Shown here piece by piece: positions 49,653 through 63,059 of a DNA stretch of 64,000 nt (positions are counted from its first letter, which is position 1; the number at the start of each line of letters is the position of its first letter). A model generated the notes under the pieces. The model saw nothing but the letters and a program-made list of their open reading frames with translations, was not told where the DNA came from and ran no database searches. The position numbers were made by a program, and so were the translations under genes. Origin of the DNA: Tubiluchus corallicola. Its lineage: Eukaryota; Animalia; Priapulida. The stretch spans positions 62,001 to 126,000 of the forward strand of contig JAQGDQ010000011.1 of assembly GCA_030141605.1 (NCBI GenBank), written 5' to 3'.

Positions 49653-51895
49653 AGTAAGTTAACAATAAATAATGTGGACTATACAGATACATATGATATT
49701 GCCAGTAAACTAAATGAGTTTTTTGTAAATATAGGCCCTGACATGGCTGCCAAAATACCTAAACCTAACGTTAATTTTACTGACTTTTTGAAAAACCCTA
49801 ACCCAAATTCTTTTTTCATTAATCCTATTACTGAAAATGAAACATGCACACTTTTAAACACACTTAATTCAAACAAATCACCAGGACCACAAAATATACC
49901 AATATCTTTTTTTAAATCTGCAAGTCAAATTATTTCACCAATACTCACATTACTGTTTAATAAATCGGTTAATGCTGGAACTTTTCCAAATATATTAAAA
50001 ATAGCAAAAGTTATTCCTTTATATAAAACTGGCTCTCCACATGAACCTGGCAATTACAGACCAATATCTCTCTTATCACCAGTATCAAAAGTTTTTGAGA
50101 GGCTAATTTACAAGAGATTATACCAGTTTGTTGTGAAAAGTAATATCCTAAGTAAATACCAGTTTGGTTTCAGAAAAAATTATTCAACTGCCCTTGCTGT
50201 ATCCGAATTAATTGACACGATCTCTCTAGACACTGACAAAAAATTACTGAATTGCGGAATATTTTTAGACTTATCAAAAGCTTTTGATACCGTACAGCAT
50301 AGTATACTAATAGCCAAATTAAACCATTATGGCATCAGAGGTCTACCTTTGCAACTAATTCAGTCATATCTAACTAACAGAAAACAATTCATATCTATTA
50401 ACAATGTATCATCAGACTATAAACACATATCGTGTGGAGTGCCACAAGGCTCTAATTTAGGACCTCTTCTATTCTTAATTTATATTAACGATCTTCCCAC
50501 ATGCAGCAACTTTCGAACCCGAATATTTGCCGATGACACTAATTTGTTCATGTCTGACTCCAATATAAATAATTTGCAAAAATCTGTTAATGACGAAATG
50601 AAAAAAATAGACCTGTGGATGAGGGCAAACCAGCTATCAATTAACTACAAAAAAACCAAATTTATGATAATCAACAATAAGCAAATTAACAATGCTAATA
50701 ATCCAAAATTTCATATTATAATAAACAAACACAAAATTGAAGAAACAGACAACATCAAATACTTGGGCCTACTCATTGATAATAAATTAACATGGGAACC
50801 ACATATAAAACACATAACAAACAAGTTAAGTCGAATTACTGGAATAATTTTAAAAGTAAGGCACTACGTTGACCAATATATTCTGAAACTTCTATATAAT
50901 TCGTTAGTTTTCCCTTATTTACAATATTCCATCTTAACATGGGGTACGGCTTTTGCATCAATTCAAAAATTAATACAGACACAACAAAACAAAATAGTAA
51001 AACTAATAACTTTTGCTCGCAAATATGATCATGCTACACCATCGTTCGTAAAATTAGAAATTTTAAAAGTAAGAGATATTTACAATCTTGAGTTGTTCAA
51101 ATTTATGTATAAATTCAATGCTGGTTTATTACCCGAACTTTTTAGTGAATATTTCACTAATGTTTCTGATATACATTCCTACTCCACAAGAGCTGCTTCT
51201 AATGAACAGTATTTTGTGGAGAGATTTTTTACCCGACATGGTTTCAATAGCTTAAAATCACGAGGAGTTAAATTATGGAACTCGTTGCCAAAAGATACCT
51301 TTGGAGGTAGCTTATTTTCTGCTTCCAAAAAATACAGAAAATTCTTACTAAATGAATATACCTGTAATACATAACTTGTAAGACTAATAAGCAAGCTATC
51401 AAGTGTTTTTTTTCTCATCTCCTAAGTAATTGTTGCTCTTTCTTATACTAACTTTTTCTCTTAAATTTTCTATATTACACTTTTTTGATACTTATTTTAT
51501 CTCTCCATACAGTCAAAATCCCCTGTCATTAAGGCCCCTATTTGAAAATATATGTAATAATCATAATTACTTGTATTAATTGTATTGTTTTGTTTAGATT
51601 TAGGTGTCATCTAACTTTATTATTTTTTGTTTTCACTTATACTGTTTTCATTTATACTTTGTTTTCATTTATACTGTTTAATATTATTATTTCTTTCCTA
51701 TTTGATTTTGTTATCCGCAGTCTCACCATTTACTTTTAATATACTAATTTAATTATAAGACAGGGCAGGAGACTAGATGACCCTATGGTCCTTCCCTGCC
51801 CTGCTCCACTACTATAATTAAGTAATATTTAAAAAAACTTGTCATGTCAAACAAATGGAGAAAATAAATGTTCTATGTCTATGTCTATGTCTATG
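49653..51895 (+). mobile_element. 5'-truncated CR1/L2-group LINE with uninterrupted RT ORF (49674-51374), antisense in the MFSD13A 5' intron
   Basis: NYRPISLL, QFGFR, FLDLSKAFDTV, GVPQGSNLGPLLFLIYINDL, FADDT, KYLGL; 3' stem-loop CAGGGCAGG/CCTGCCCTG (51761-51803), AATAAA, (CTATGT)4 tail; candidate TSD TACACCA (49646-49652, 51896-51902). Confidence 0.93.
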
Positions 51896-53269
51896 TACAC
51901 CATTTTTTAAATTTCATTGACATTATCAATTAATTACTAAGGGGTTGTTGCCTGGTGACTCGACGATCTTTTTGATTATTTTCTATGGCGAACTAGCCAT
52001 ACTTAAAGCACAAGAAAACCCTCAACTTATACAGAGCTTAAAAAGCTTACATACTGCCTTCTTGCATATTAGACTTGCATTGGCCGCTGTATAAAACATG
52101 TAAATTTAAACTCCCATGATGACCGTTAGACATAGCAATTACCAGGATTAAGAAATCATATGATTGGATGAGGACACATTCCAGTGGCAACTCAATGAAA
52201 AATTATTAATTAATTTGACTCATACACATCGGCATAAATTTACAGCTTAACAATTTTTCATTAAATATAAGAAAATTGACATCTAACATAAGTTAATTGT
52301 AAAAACTCCACAATTTATAAAAATTTCACAGATAACTTTATAGCTGTGTTATAACAATAATTTCTTATCGTTTTGATACAGTCGACCATAGTTTCTAATT
52401 AAAAATTATGTGTTTCTCTGTTTTTTCTAATTATTCCATTTTCACGTTATTCTAATTATTCCGTTTTTCCTTATTTCTGCCATACTACTACTGTTAGTAT
52501 TAATGATATCCTGCGGTCGATTCCCAAAAATGTGTTAGTGAATCCGGCCCCAGATTAGCTATAGTACAAACAAATAAATTTCAAATATCATAAATATTTT
52601 CTTTATTGTAACATATGTTTGCAAATTCCAACCATGCATGCAAACATGTCATGTTGAGTGTACCCGGGTTGCCACCTCTTTCGCACTTTGCCATGTTGGT
52701 TGGTACAGATTGTTAATAAGTTACTAAAATCTTAATGTAAATCTAATCCCTACATCTTGTCATTTTCCATTACTTCAGCATCTTTCTCACCACATATTCA
52801 CAATCATTACATTTCAGGTTTTCCTTCCTTTTCTCTTGCACCTTCAGCACTAGGATCTTATCTTACAACTAATACAAGTTTACCTTCTGATCTAAGCCAA
52901 TAATTATTTGTGCTATATCTTCGATATGAGTATTTCTCATGTTATTTCTATATTGTGTATTTTTGTGTAAGATATTGCCGCGTCTTTTGTGTAAGATACT
53001 GCTCACTTGACTCTTCGAATAAATAAACTATAATTTATAAACTAAAAAAAAGTCGCAATGTGAATTTCAGCTTCTTCGTGATGACGTTCATACTTTACCA
53101 CACCCTACTCAAATACAATGATCGTCGAAATGATCTACCTTTTTATAAAGAGTTATGAGGACGGGCTGCAATAATTTACTGTAGTCTGCACTACAGACTT
53201 AACCTTGCCGGATCTGTAGTGTAATTCCGGCTGTGGACCTACCAGGGGCATGCAAGCTTCAACACTTAC

Positions 53270-53460
53270 TCCTGGTCTTTGAACAAAAAAATAATGTAAG
53301 TAAAATTAACACTTTTTTACGGCACCAGAGAATCACAAACACATAATCAAACACACAGTGTAATCAGCATCCTCGACGCCTTAATTTTTCACTTCAAAAG
53401 CCTGCTCAGCTTGGTCGATCATGTTTATATAAAATGTCAACTTGCGCCATCTATCGCTAG
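53270..53460 (-). promoter_or_regulatory. Candidate first non-coding exon and promoter of MFSD13A
   Basis: Minus-strand donor GTAAGT at 53269-53264 would pair with the acceptor at 49239-49238; YY1-like AGATGGCGC at 53452-53444. Confidence 0.4.
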
Positions 53461-55695
53461 GTAATGTAATCATATGCAAAATTTCTGATCAGAAATAACT
53501 GACACGTTAATGATTATTATTATTATAACATCAACGTGGCCTAATTATCATAGCTCCTAACTAAAATTAACTATACCCTTCTGAAGGCTAAATTTATGTT
53601 AATTTTGTAAAAGTTGCTTATCTACATAGCATTGTTAGTTTTTCTGCATTTTGCCCAAAAAAAAAATCAGCATTAAATTGAGATTATAGTAAATAAAATG
53701 CCCATGTACTACATAAAAGTATTTGGTCTGCTTTGCCTGCTAATGATGGTAAAAAGTCCACAGGTTGTAGTTATAACAGTATGTTCTGCATTTCTCTTAA
53801 TAGCAAATCTGTAAGTTGGCACATGCAACTATAAACACAATTGCCATTTTTTATGCTAGTAAACATGGTCCCTTTATTCAAAGTCCACATTGCCTTGTAG
53901 CTCTTCCTAGCAAGCTACTTCCAATTGTTCGTTTTTGTTCTAATATGAAAAATTTGACACCTGAATGAAACCTTTAGTGCACACATAGTATATAGAAGAA
54001 GATGCAGAAAAAAATAAAGTAATTAGGTGACAAAAAATCACAATAAACTGAACTCGTCATATGGTCTTGAACTGAATACCTGTTGCAAGGAAAAGTTTTT
54101 TTTTAAAAAAAAAGCAGTTGGCATATCAAACGAACTTACAACTTCAGAACTCCATAAAATGAAGGGCTTTTGATCTTTATTGGTGACAACAATACAAGAG
54201 AAACAGCATTAAACCGTATAAAGATCTCGTCAACACCAAAACAAATTTCAACAATAATTATCTTCAATTAATTACACTGTGATGTATTTGTAAACTCTAT
54301 TCACATCAAATATGCTATGAACATTATCACAATGTCTCATAATAAAAACACTGCAAATTTCACTTAACAAAAGCTGTAATATGTACAAGGAGCTACTCTA
54401 ATCATAGTCTACTGTCAAATCAAAAAGCTATGCTTACGTTTCATGATTTTAGTTAACAGACAAATAAAATTCTCATTCCATGTTATTCTCAAAATACCAC
54501 ATGCTGTGCAAAGTAGAAAAAATGTGTTGTTGCCCAGACTTCCAAAAACGTGTATTACTTATCAAGTCATGACTGCTAGGCACTGGCCTGCAGTGTTGTT
54601 TGGATTGCCCTAATCTAGGCAGGCTAATATTTTCAGCATTTCAAATTATGCAATAATTTGCTATTTTCAAACTGCCATATGTTTGACTTTAAATCTTTGA
54701 TCAAGATCAGCCACAACTACAAAATTATTATTTCCCAATTAAAGTATTTTTTACAATAAGCACTTCAAAATCCTGCAAGCCAGAATCCAGCACTTAAAAG
54801 GCAGGGCCTTCTTAATGTGACATCTACAGTGTGACCATAGCCATGTTCATTATTAAACTTATGTCTCTAAGATGCACCATTAAACTGATGCCTGAGTTAC
54901 ATTCGTATAACAACGTCAAAGAAAATACTGAAGACTGTATGATGAGTGATTAACCTTTTAACCTAAGGTCACCGCATCTTCATTACAACAGTGCACAAGC
55001 ACCTTCCTTGTGACTCCGGGAAAGAAACTGTGGTCGGACTATTATTTGCAAATGGTAAACAAAGTTGCTTTGGGTCAACAACATCAATTTTTTTTACTTT
55101 TTAGCCCTGTCATATCCTCACTTACCCAAATTACCAATTTAAGATAGTGCACTGGATCTTAACCCCTTTTATCATTCACATCAATTTCAACCATTTGCTG
55201 TTAAACTTTAGAAAGAGATAAAGTGCAAAACTTTCCCAACAAAACAAAACTTTTGACCTTCAACAACCAAGTGGTCATACAGGGCTCTCCCACAATCTGT
55301 CCACCCTTGGGCATAGGCTGAGTAAAGTTGGTTGCCTTTGCCCAGTTCCTATAAAGTTTTGCTGCACTTTACGATTATCTTTTACACATATGACCCTGTA
55401 TTTTGTTGCAAGTAGGAAGATGACTGTAAAATAGTCTAAAGTATATAATTTTTTTCATTGCTCTTTGTTAGATATTGCATTTAAAAAACTGGCACATACA
55501 TATCTTACAAACCACGTAAATGTGTTGAACATGAGAATATAATAGCTATATATTATACTTATTTGAATTATTTCTTGGTTCACAAAAAAGCATCTATTAC
55601 AAAAATTTACTGAATAAGCAAATTAAAACCAGACTTCAACATGATTCCACTTTAAATCCATATTTAGCTAAATTACTAAGAACCAAAATCATGTG

Positions 55696-56165
55696 CAGTC
55701 AAACCTCTTTATACAGCCAACGTACGGTGCACTCAAACTAGTGAGTTTTCTCACCAAAGAACTTGCGTGTTCAGACTAGACAGCAAAACTTGCTGCGAGT
55801 TACACTCCGATAGTAAGCGTGAGCTGACACTCACTTTTCTATTCGCCGTGAGAAATGTTGAGAGTAAATCGCCGAGGCGTTCATACTAAGCAGTAAATTA
55901 ACTCACAGCAACTGTCTCGTCGACGGTAACTCACAAAACAGTTCATGCTTGCGAGTTTGCTGTTAGCGAGAATACTTGCTAGTGTTGACGTGCCGCCGCT
56001 AGGAGCAGTAAAAAAGTTGTTGTTATAGCAAGTTTGGCATTATAACGAGGTGCATTAATGAGCTTAAGTACGTTTGAATATAGCAACTCAATTATTGACC
56101 ATTTTGTAGGCATTAGACAAATTTGGCATAGAGGGCAGCAACGGCGGTATAATAAGGTTTAACTC
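55696..56165. mobile_element. Tigger-like MITE with a nested palindromic MITE (about 55726-55995), downstream of RNGTT
   Basis: Outer TIR cagtcaaacctctttatacagcc vs ggcggtataataaggtttaactc; inner imperfect TIR ggtgcactcaaactagtgagttttctc vs gagaatacttgctagtgttgacgtgcc. Confidence 0.5.
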
Positions 56166-57305
56166 CAGTCACAATTATAACACAAAATGATGTGACAACA
56201 GTTCTGTAATATTTTACACAGTTTAAGTCACAGCTATTTTAAATTACATCCACTATGCACCCCATTTGTCAGTAATAATAAGACTCTAAATGACCCCACC
56301 GGTTTCCCATTTAAATGACGCCAGCAAATATGGCACCAAAGTTTCTGCTACAAAAATTTGGTACGAAGCCGTTAATTATAAATACCCGATCCAAATGTCA
56401 TGAAAGTACCTACATACACAAATAATTACTGTAGTCTTGTAAGACCTAATACTAAGAGCATGATAACATATCCATATTATACATTTGGTAGGCCTTAATA
56501 AAGTAAATTTCCCCTTCGTTCTAACATAAAACAACATGGAAATAGTACAACTTTATGCCTCAAAACAACAAATATTCTTCAAGATTTAGAATGTCTCTTC
56601 CATGAAGTGGAAAAATAATTATGCACATTGGTACTTAGTTTACTTATAAATACAATATGTACATAAATAAATGTATAAGTTCACACCATGCAAGCCAGGA
56701 TTCAGCATTCAAAGACTCCACTAATGTTGAATGGTTGTGGAGGAACCAGAACATAACTCATCATTTAAGCAGAGACACTGAACTGCCATAGGTGCTTTAG
56801 CCACATTCCTTCCTCAATGAGGTAAATGAGGGAAACAGTTAGTTAACTGTAGCATCGCAGATGAAAGTTCTCCATACCGACTGCCACAGATCAATTTCCA
56901 TTTATTTAATGGCCAAATTTGGGGTTGCCTAACTTCTGTAGCTACGCCTACACCATGACCACTCAACTCCCCTCGACCATAACTTACCATGAAAAATTCT
57001 GTTCATTTGCAACATTTAAGTTGTTTAATAAGAGCTACTACGGACATAGTCACCTAGCCCGTGAAACATTCCCGTAGACTGCATCTCTGTGAAACATTCA
57101 TGTACACTGCGTTCTCTGTGAAATTTTCCGATAGAGGTTAAACTTGAGAACTAATTCTGGTCCATGAAATACCCAAAAACTTCAGACCTGCCAAATGAAT
57201 AACACTAAACACATAACACACAAGAAACTAAACTACATGCACTGTATAAAATTTAATATTATATTTCACATCTCAAAAATGATGACCAGTAATAAATTAC
57301 GGTAG

Positions 57306-59231
57306 CTATACTGAGCTGGAAGATGGAGGAAGGAGCTTTGGCGGAGGCATAACTGTTGCATCACCACTAGCAGTATGCACGTTCTGCTTATTCACATGTG
57401 CAGCAGCTGCATGATTAGAAATGGGTAGAGGGTGCGGGTGGTCACTTTTGTGCTGTGGCTGTGTCGCATCTGCAGGTAATCCTGGACGCCAGCGCCGGTG
57501 TTCAATGAAACTTAAAAGCATATCTTTAGTCACCGGATGCTTGATGCTCTCACAAACCGCCAAAGCTGTGTTGTAACTATTTGGAAACGATTTGTCAGTT
57601 CGCTGGCGCATGAACCGCCACTCATTATCCTGGAACTTACATTCGATTATTTTATTATCAAGTTCCTTCAGTTCCTTTGAGAGTTTTGATATTTTTGCAA
57701 AGGGGGTATTCAAGGAGCCGACCATGAGAAACCCGACTTTAGTCGGAAGCATTCCTTCGCCAGAAATTTGGCCAATTTTCAATCGAAAATCAACCGAATT
57801 CAGGCCACTTGGTTTCCATTTCAGTATGTCATTGTTCTGCCCAGGATTATACAAGTCTTCTCGACCACATGGTTGAAATATCAGTCCGTCTATTTCATGA
57901 GATACTTGCGTAGTAAACTTAGAATCAAGTAACTTTGCAGATTCTGCAACATCCCAGAATGGTTTGGCCCGGACACTAAATGACTCTTTTGATCGGTCAA
58001 TTTTGCCCTGTTGAAGAAGGGTGTGTCTAGGGTCAATGATCTCCCGCCCGATACAGTAAAGACGCCGTTCAAAGTCACACTTCCCAACTTCTTGGTTCTC
58101 AAAGCGAATAATATCGTACACTAAATACCTTGGTACGTTATGTTTGTCCACCCTATCTATAATCATCTCACCATCGAGCAGAGTTTCGCTAATAAAGTGA
58201 TCGAGTTGCTTTCGTCGAGGAAAAATCAACAAGTTCACTTTAAAAACACAGTTATCCCTGTCAATCATGTAAATATTATCTTTTCCATTGAGCAACATCA
58301 AGTATCTCGTTCCATCTGCCTTCCAGCTCACTTTGTATGGCTTTTTATTCAAATATGAAATGTTTTTCACATCCATGGACACTGGTTGAGCTCCGGGAAA
58401 ACCAGAACGCTCCCAACCACACATAGATTGCACCTTCTTCTGGATTTGGGAAAGAAGGGGCTGTTGGACAACTGGAGTCACACCAGAAACCCCTTCCATG
58501 AATGACGGAGCTTTCTTAGTGAACTCGCAACTTTTAGATCGCTTTCGAGGCCCGTCACGGTCATTCTCATCGGTACTTCCGGAACTAGAATCAGCTACGG
58601 GTTCGCCATCATCATCAACGTCACCGTCATCGCTCTCAAGGTGCCATTCAGGAAGAGCTGGCGGAGGTGGAGCATCATCTCTTTCGCCATATCGAGCAAA
58701 TATCTCTTCCAAATAGTCGCCTTTGATAATACCAGGCGGACGAGCTTCAGCAAATGCGGCAACGGCAGCTTCGGTGCTCCAACCGATCTGGTCTACCAAG
58801 TACGAACAAATGAGAAATCCGGTTCTGTTAAAACCGTGAGTGCAGTGAATGGCTATGATCTCTTCAGGATGTTGAGAAATAAATTTTGCACACTGCTGTA
58901 TAAAGAAGAGCATCTGCTCCTCGGCTGGAGTTTGACCGTGTCCGCGACAATGAATCTTTAAATACCTCGCACCGTGCCGTTCAACTTCAGATCTGTTGTA
59001 AAACCGCGACGTGTTTGTCAGATCTATCCACAATCCGACTTTGACCTTATAGCTCTGCAGTGAACTAAATAGCATGGAAACATCAAATCTGAACTCTTCA
59101 GCAACCTGAGAGTCATACCGGGAATCTAGTGGCGTTTTAAAGGGCAAAAACTTGCCTGCAACAACTGTCCCTTTCCTCGGACAGCGGAGCCACCTGGGTG
59201 GTATTAGCTGGGCTCTGTCTCTATTGGCCAT
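57306..59231 (-). CDS. RNGTT: mRNA capping enzyme (RNA 5'-triphosphatase plus guanylyltransferase), 641 aa, single-exon CDS
   Basis: Uninterrupted ORF with [20 protein letters not shown], triphosphatase [20 protein letters not shown], GTase motif [34 protein letters not shown]-terminal MPPP. Confidence 0.98.
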   Translation of the reverse strand: MANRDRAQLIPPRWLRCPRKGTVVAGKFLPFKTPLDSRYDSQVAEEFRFDVSMLFSSLQSYKVKVGLWIDLTNTSRFYNRSEVERHGARYLKIHCRGHGQTPAEEQMLFFIQQCAKFISQHPEEIIAIHCTHGFNRTGFLICSYLVDQIGWSTEAAVAAFAEARPPGIIKGDYLEEIFARYGERDDAPPPPALPEWHLESDDGDVDDDGEPVADSSSGSTDENDRDGPRKRSKSCEFTKKAPSFMEGVSGVTPVVQQPLLSQIQKKVQSMCGWERSGFPGAQPVSMDVKNISYLNKKPYKVSWKADGTRYLMLLNGKDNIYMIDRDNCVFKVNLLIFPRRKQLDHFISETLLDGEMIIDRVDKHNVPRYLVYDIIRFENQEVGKCDFERRLYCIGREIIDPRHTLLQQGKIDRSKESFSVRAKPFWDVAESAKLLDSKFTTQVSHEIDGLIFQPCGREDLYNPGQNNDILKWKPSGLNSVDFRLKIGQISGEGMLPTKVGFLMVGSLNTPFAKISKLSKELKELDNKIIECKFQDNEWRFMRQRTDKSFPNSYNTALAVCESIKHPVTKDMLLSFIEHRRWRPGLPADATQPQHKSDHPHPLPISNHAAAAHVNKQNVHTASGDATVMPPPKLLPPSSSSV

Positions 59232-60731
59232 GACGTACTGTTATTCCACAGCTAACTGAGATTAGCAGTTATACAGTAATGTAAACATCCGACCAGGAAC
59301 ACATACTTAAACCATAACCACATTCCTCCCACGGAGGTCATCAGCATTGCAAGTAGTTAACCATTGTCGAACCTGCTCCCCACCATTGCTTGCAAAGTCA
59401 TCGTGGACGTTGCTGGAAAAATGATAAAAACCTATAAAATGTGCTTGAGAAAAAATCTTTAGATACCTTCAGTAGCAAAGAACAAATTTTCCATATTTAC
59501 TAAAAATTTAATACAAACTCTAATTTAAATAAGAAACTATTTTAAAAACAAAAAAAATGTAAAAAAGGTAGAGTAATATATTGACTAATTTGAGTAATAT
59601 AGACAATTGAGTAATATATGAAGAAATATATTTATTTTTAACGAACAGCATGTGCTACAACACAGGTAATGTACAGTTGAAAGAATGTCAAATATCAGTA
59701 ACATATCACTGATTTTTTATATTCTTTCACATATAACCAAGAATATGTATAATGCACGTACAAACTAATCTGCTAAAAAATCCTAATAGGCTAATGATAA
59801 TTATTTATGCGTTCCATTTAAAATTAAATTGCTTAAATGTCCAGCCATATTAGACATACTGTAGCCGGTTATGCTAAAATAAAGCCCTTATGCCAAGGCC
59901 TAAGTTCTTCAATAGTACCATGTATCAGGGTGTGCTTAGAGAACAATTACCCAAAGAAATCAGCTCACAAACTGGAAAGGCATCAAGCACCTTCTTAATG
60001 TTAATGATCTATGTTCACCATAATGGAATTAACAATCAACTTGGAGGGTAATTTAATATTTTAAGTTTGTAAAATTTCATGTTTCAAGGTTGGCACGGAA
60101 ATTTCTATTAATTTTAGGCTAGGGTTTTCAATGTGATGACAATAACACATATAAAATTTTAAAGTACTCAAATTCTGGCAAATTTTGTTTAGTAATTATC
60201 ATGTAAACATCACCGTACAAAAGCGCTAGTCAACCTAAAAATGATGGACACTAGAAACGACATCATTAGATTACGAACGTAAAATATGAAATTAAAATTT
60301 TAAAAATGGCAAACTTGGTAATTTAGCAAAAATACATAATTGTAGCTAAACAGCCTACAAGTCTCTGAGAGACTATTTACTTTAAGCGGGCAATGTAGGC
60401 CTAAGAGGTCATAAGTAAAGCACAACTAGCTCGGGCAGGTAAACCAGTACGGTAACTGTACAAAAAAGGCACAGTAACACATACCAAATAATTTTTAATG
60501 TATTGATTACACATTTTAATTTTGTGTATAAAATCAAATCAGGAGGAAGATATAGTTTCAAAAGAAGTACGTAATTGGTATTAAAATTAAAACACAACAA
60601 AACGTTTTATAGTAAGTTCATAAATCCAAAACATAATAAAAAATTTTTTGTGGATATGCAGACAATCACTGCTTACGGACCCCGAAAAGTCGCAGACCAG
60701 TCTATTTCTCAAATGTTTGCAGATAACTCAC

Positions 60732-61330
60732 CTTCGTGGTGAGTAGCGGAATCCGACTTTAAAGGTAGAATATTATTTTCAGCTTGTTTGAGTTTTTCCA
60801 ATACGCAAGCCCAAAACATGCGTAACTGGTTACACAGCTTCCAGCTTCACGTGCAAAAATCGCTCACAATCCCTACGTACCCCAATTGTTGAGATAAATT
60901 AACCTGTTTTAAAAGTATTACTTTTTTCCAGTGGATCCCGCGACGTTACGGACCAAGTTATTGTATTCAGTCTCCCGATTTTGCAGAGCCGCAGAATCAC
61001 TCTGTACGGACATTGCGGTTCTGCAGCGCAAAATAAGTGGGTTCGCGAATTTCTGATCTAGTGTAGTAGTAAATTTGAAATGTAGTATCTAAATTTGACC
61101 CAGAGTTAAGGGAATTTAAGTCTACGTTATGTCTATCACGTAACAACACTTTGCAGATTCGATAAAAAAGCATATAACTATTGCTAAATTGCAAAATAAA
61201 AATAGATTAATTCTAGGATTTTAAATTTTCGTGAAGCAAGTCAACCATTTTGAAACACCGACTGTTCACTTGTTGCTAGTCGCTACTTCACTAAGTTCAC
61301 TTGAAACACTGCGCATGCGTTATGAATCAC
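60732..61330 (-). promoter_or_regulatory. Candidate first exon and CpG-richer promoter of RNGTT
   Basis: Donor AAG|GTGAGT at 60732/60731 and acceptor tttttatcatttttccag at 59413; local CpG enrichment; NRF1-like TGCGCATGCGT at 61310-61320; palindrome TTCGCGAA near 61042. Confidence 0.5.
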
Positions 61331-61911
61331 ATTCCACAGGATTATTTGCTTCGTTCAGTCTGTTATGCACTTTGCAGTTTACGGAATTGTCGAATTTTAT
61401 TTTTTGGGTTACTCGCTTGCGAGTTGCAATATAACCTTATAAAATTAATATATCTATTTCGCCGTAAAACTGGCCCCAAACTGGTTTACTCACCACAAAG
61501 ATGAGTTCTCTTCAAAATAAATATAATATAATAATCAGCATATTTTACTTCAGCAATACATATACATCAACATATAAGATACATAAAAAGAAAAGGAAAA
61601 AAAATCATAGGTGACATCATATTAACCAAATAAATGAATTGCTGTATGACAACTTGATAGCGGTGCTTGTTAAGGCGAACTGAAACCACTTTTGCAATAA
61701 CTGATACGCAGTTAGCAAGTCTGAAGAAATTACTGAATCTGTAAGACTTAGGTTCTTTGTTGTAGTAGTAATAGTAAAATTTTACTCTTTGTCGATATAT
61801 TTCAAAAGATAACATTAGCCAATGGCTATTTTATGTAAGAACAAATAAAAAAATGAAACGAAATAAAAAAATTATAATGCACACAATGTACGAGCATAGA
61901 ACGACATTGAC

Positions 61912-62963
61912 ATTGGTACAAGTAAGTTTGGTACAGGTAATGTTGGTACGAGGAAATTTTGGTGCTAATAATTTTTGGTATAAGGGTTATTTTGGTACAA
62001 GTAAATTTGATAGTATAGTCTTAAGATACAAAGAATTTTTGGTAGTAAGAAAATTTGTTACAGGGAATGTTTGGTACGAAGAAAATATGGTACCAGGATT
62101 GTTTAGTACTAAGAAATGTTGGTACAGGGAAGTTTTGGTACTAGGAAAATATATGATACGAGAAAAATTTGGTAGCAGGAAAGTTTGATGCTGGAAAAAT
62201 TAGTACTTAACGAAAAAAAAAGAACAGTTCTATATCTCAGTATAAAATAATTGTTTCGGTAGAAAATAAAGAAGTCTATTCATTACACAAAGTTCATAAA
62301 ACATTATACTGTAATCAATAATGCCTGGCAGCTAAAATTTTATCTGTGTTTATGTAGGTACATTTGACAATTCTTTAAGCAAAAAATGAAAGGTCTCCAG
62401 CTCACCATGCAACTCATTTTTGCCATAATCATCACTGTTATTATGCATTGTTATCATTATTATTATCGTCACTAGCGTCAACGTTGCCATCATCAATATT
62501 ATTGCCATCACTTACTGTAATCATCCATCATTATTTATTGGCAACAAGACGACAAAAGTAACAATGGTGACATGACAACAGCAAAATTATGATGATGACG
62601 GTGGGTGGGTGTTGTTGTTGGTGCTGGTAGTAGTAGTAAACAGGAGAGAGAGCAAGAAACAGACAAACAAAAACAACAATGACAAATAACAAAGAGGAAG
62701 CAAACAAAAAACAAATAAAGAAATGCAACAACATGAGCCGCTAGAACTTGGTACAGTAGGTTATATAAAATATATTCTCATTGTATCAAACTTTCTCTGT
62801 ACCGAATTTTCCTAGTACCAAACCTTCCGAGTACTAAACTTTCCTAGTATCAAACTTGCTACATACCATTTTTACCTGTATCATATTTACTTGTACCAAA
62901 ATGCCTGACAAAACTTCTTTGTACCAAAAATTCCTAGTGCCAAATTTTTGCTCGATACCAAAA
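61912..62963. mobile_element. Foldback/MULE-like element with internally repetitive inverted arms
   Basis: Left arm 61912-62208 is a 16-18-bp tandem array (tttggtac-aggaaa); right arm 62781-62963 is the reverse-complement array (tttcctagtaccaaa); the middle has simple repeats. Confidence 0.7.
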
Positions 62964-63059
62964 ACACGATATATAGGCTGGTATACAAAATCTTGCTATG
63001 GGATATAGAAACAACGAGTAACAGAACTGTGAATCTAACCAGTCTATTATACCATCACA

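Noticed and set aside
54091-54113. T9/A9 run as the poly(A) scar of an RNGTT retrocopy
   Set aside because: Short, about 70 nt from the nearest AATAAA, and common in AT-rich DNA; no TSD found.
57592-58961. Plus-strand ORFs overlapping RNGTT, and similar antisense ORFs over INSR 10610-10995 and MFSD13A 48290-49009
   Set aside because: Shadow ORFs of real coding sequence with no recognisable motifs.
59951-60008. Possible extra minus-strand exon (IINIKKVLDAFPVCELISL) in the RNGTT leader intron
   Set aside because: The acceptor is weak, its entry phase does not fit the exon-1 uORF, and I recognise no homology.
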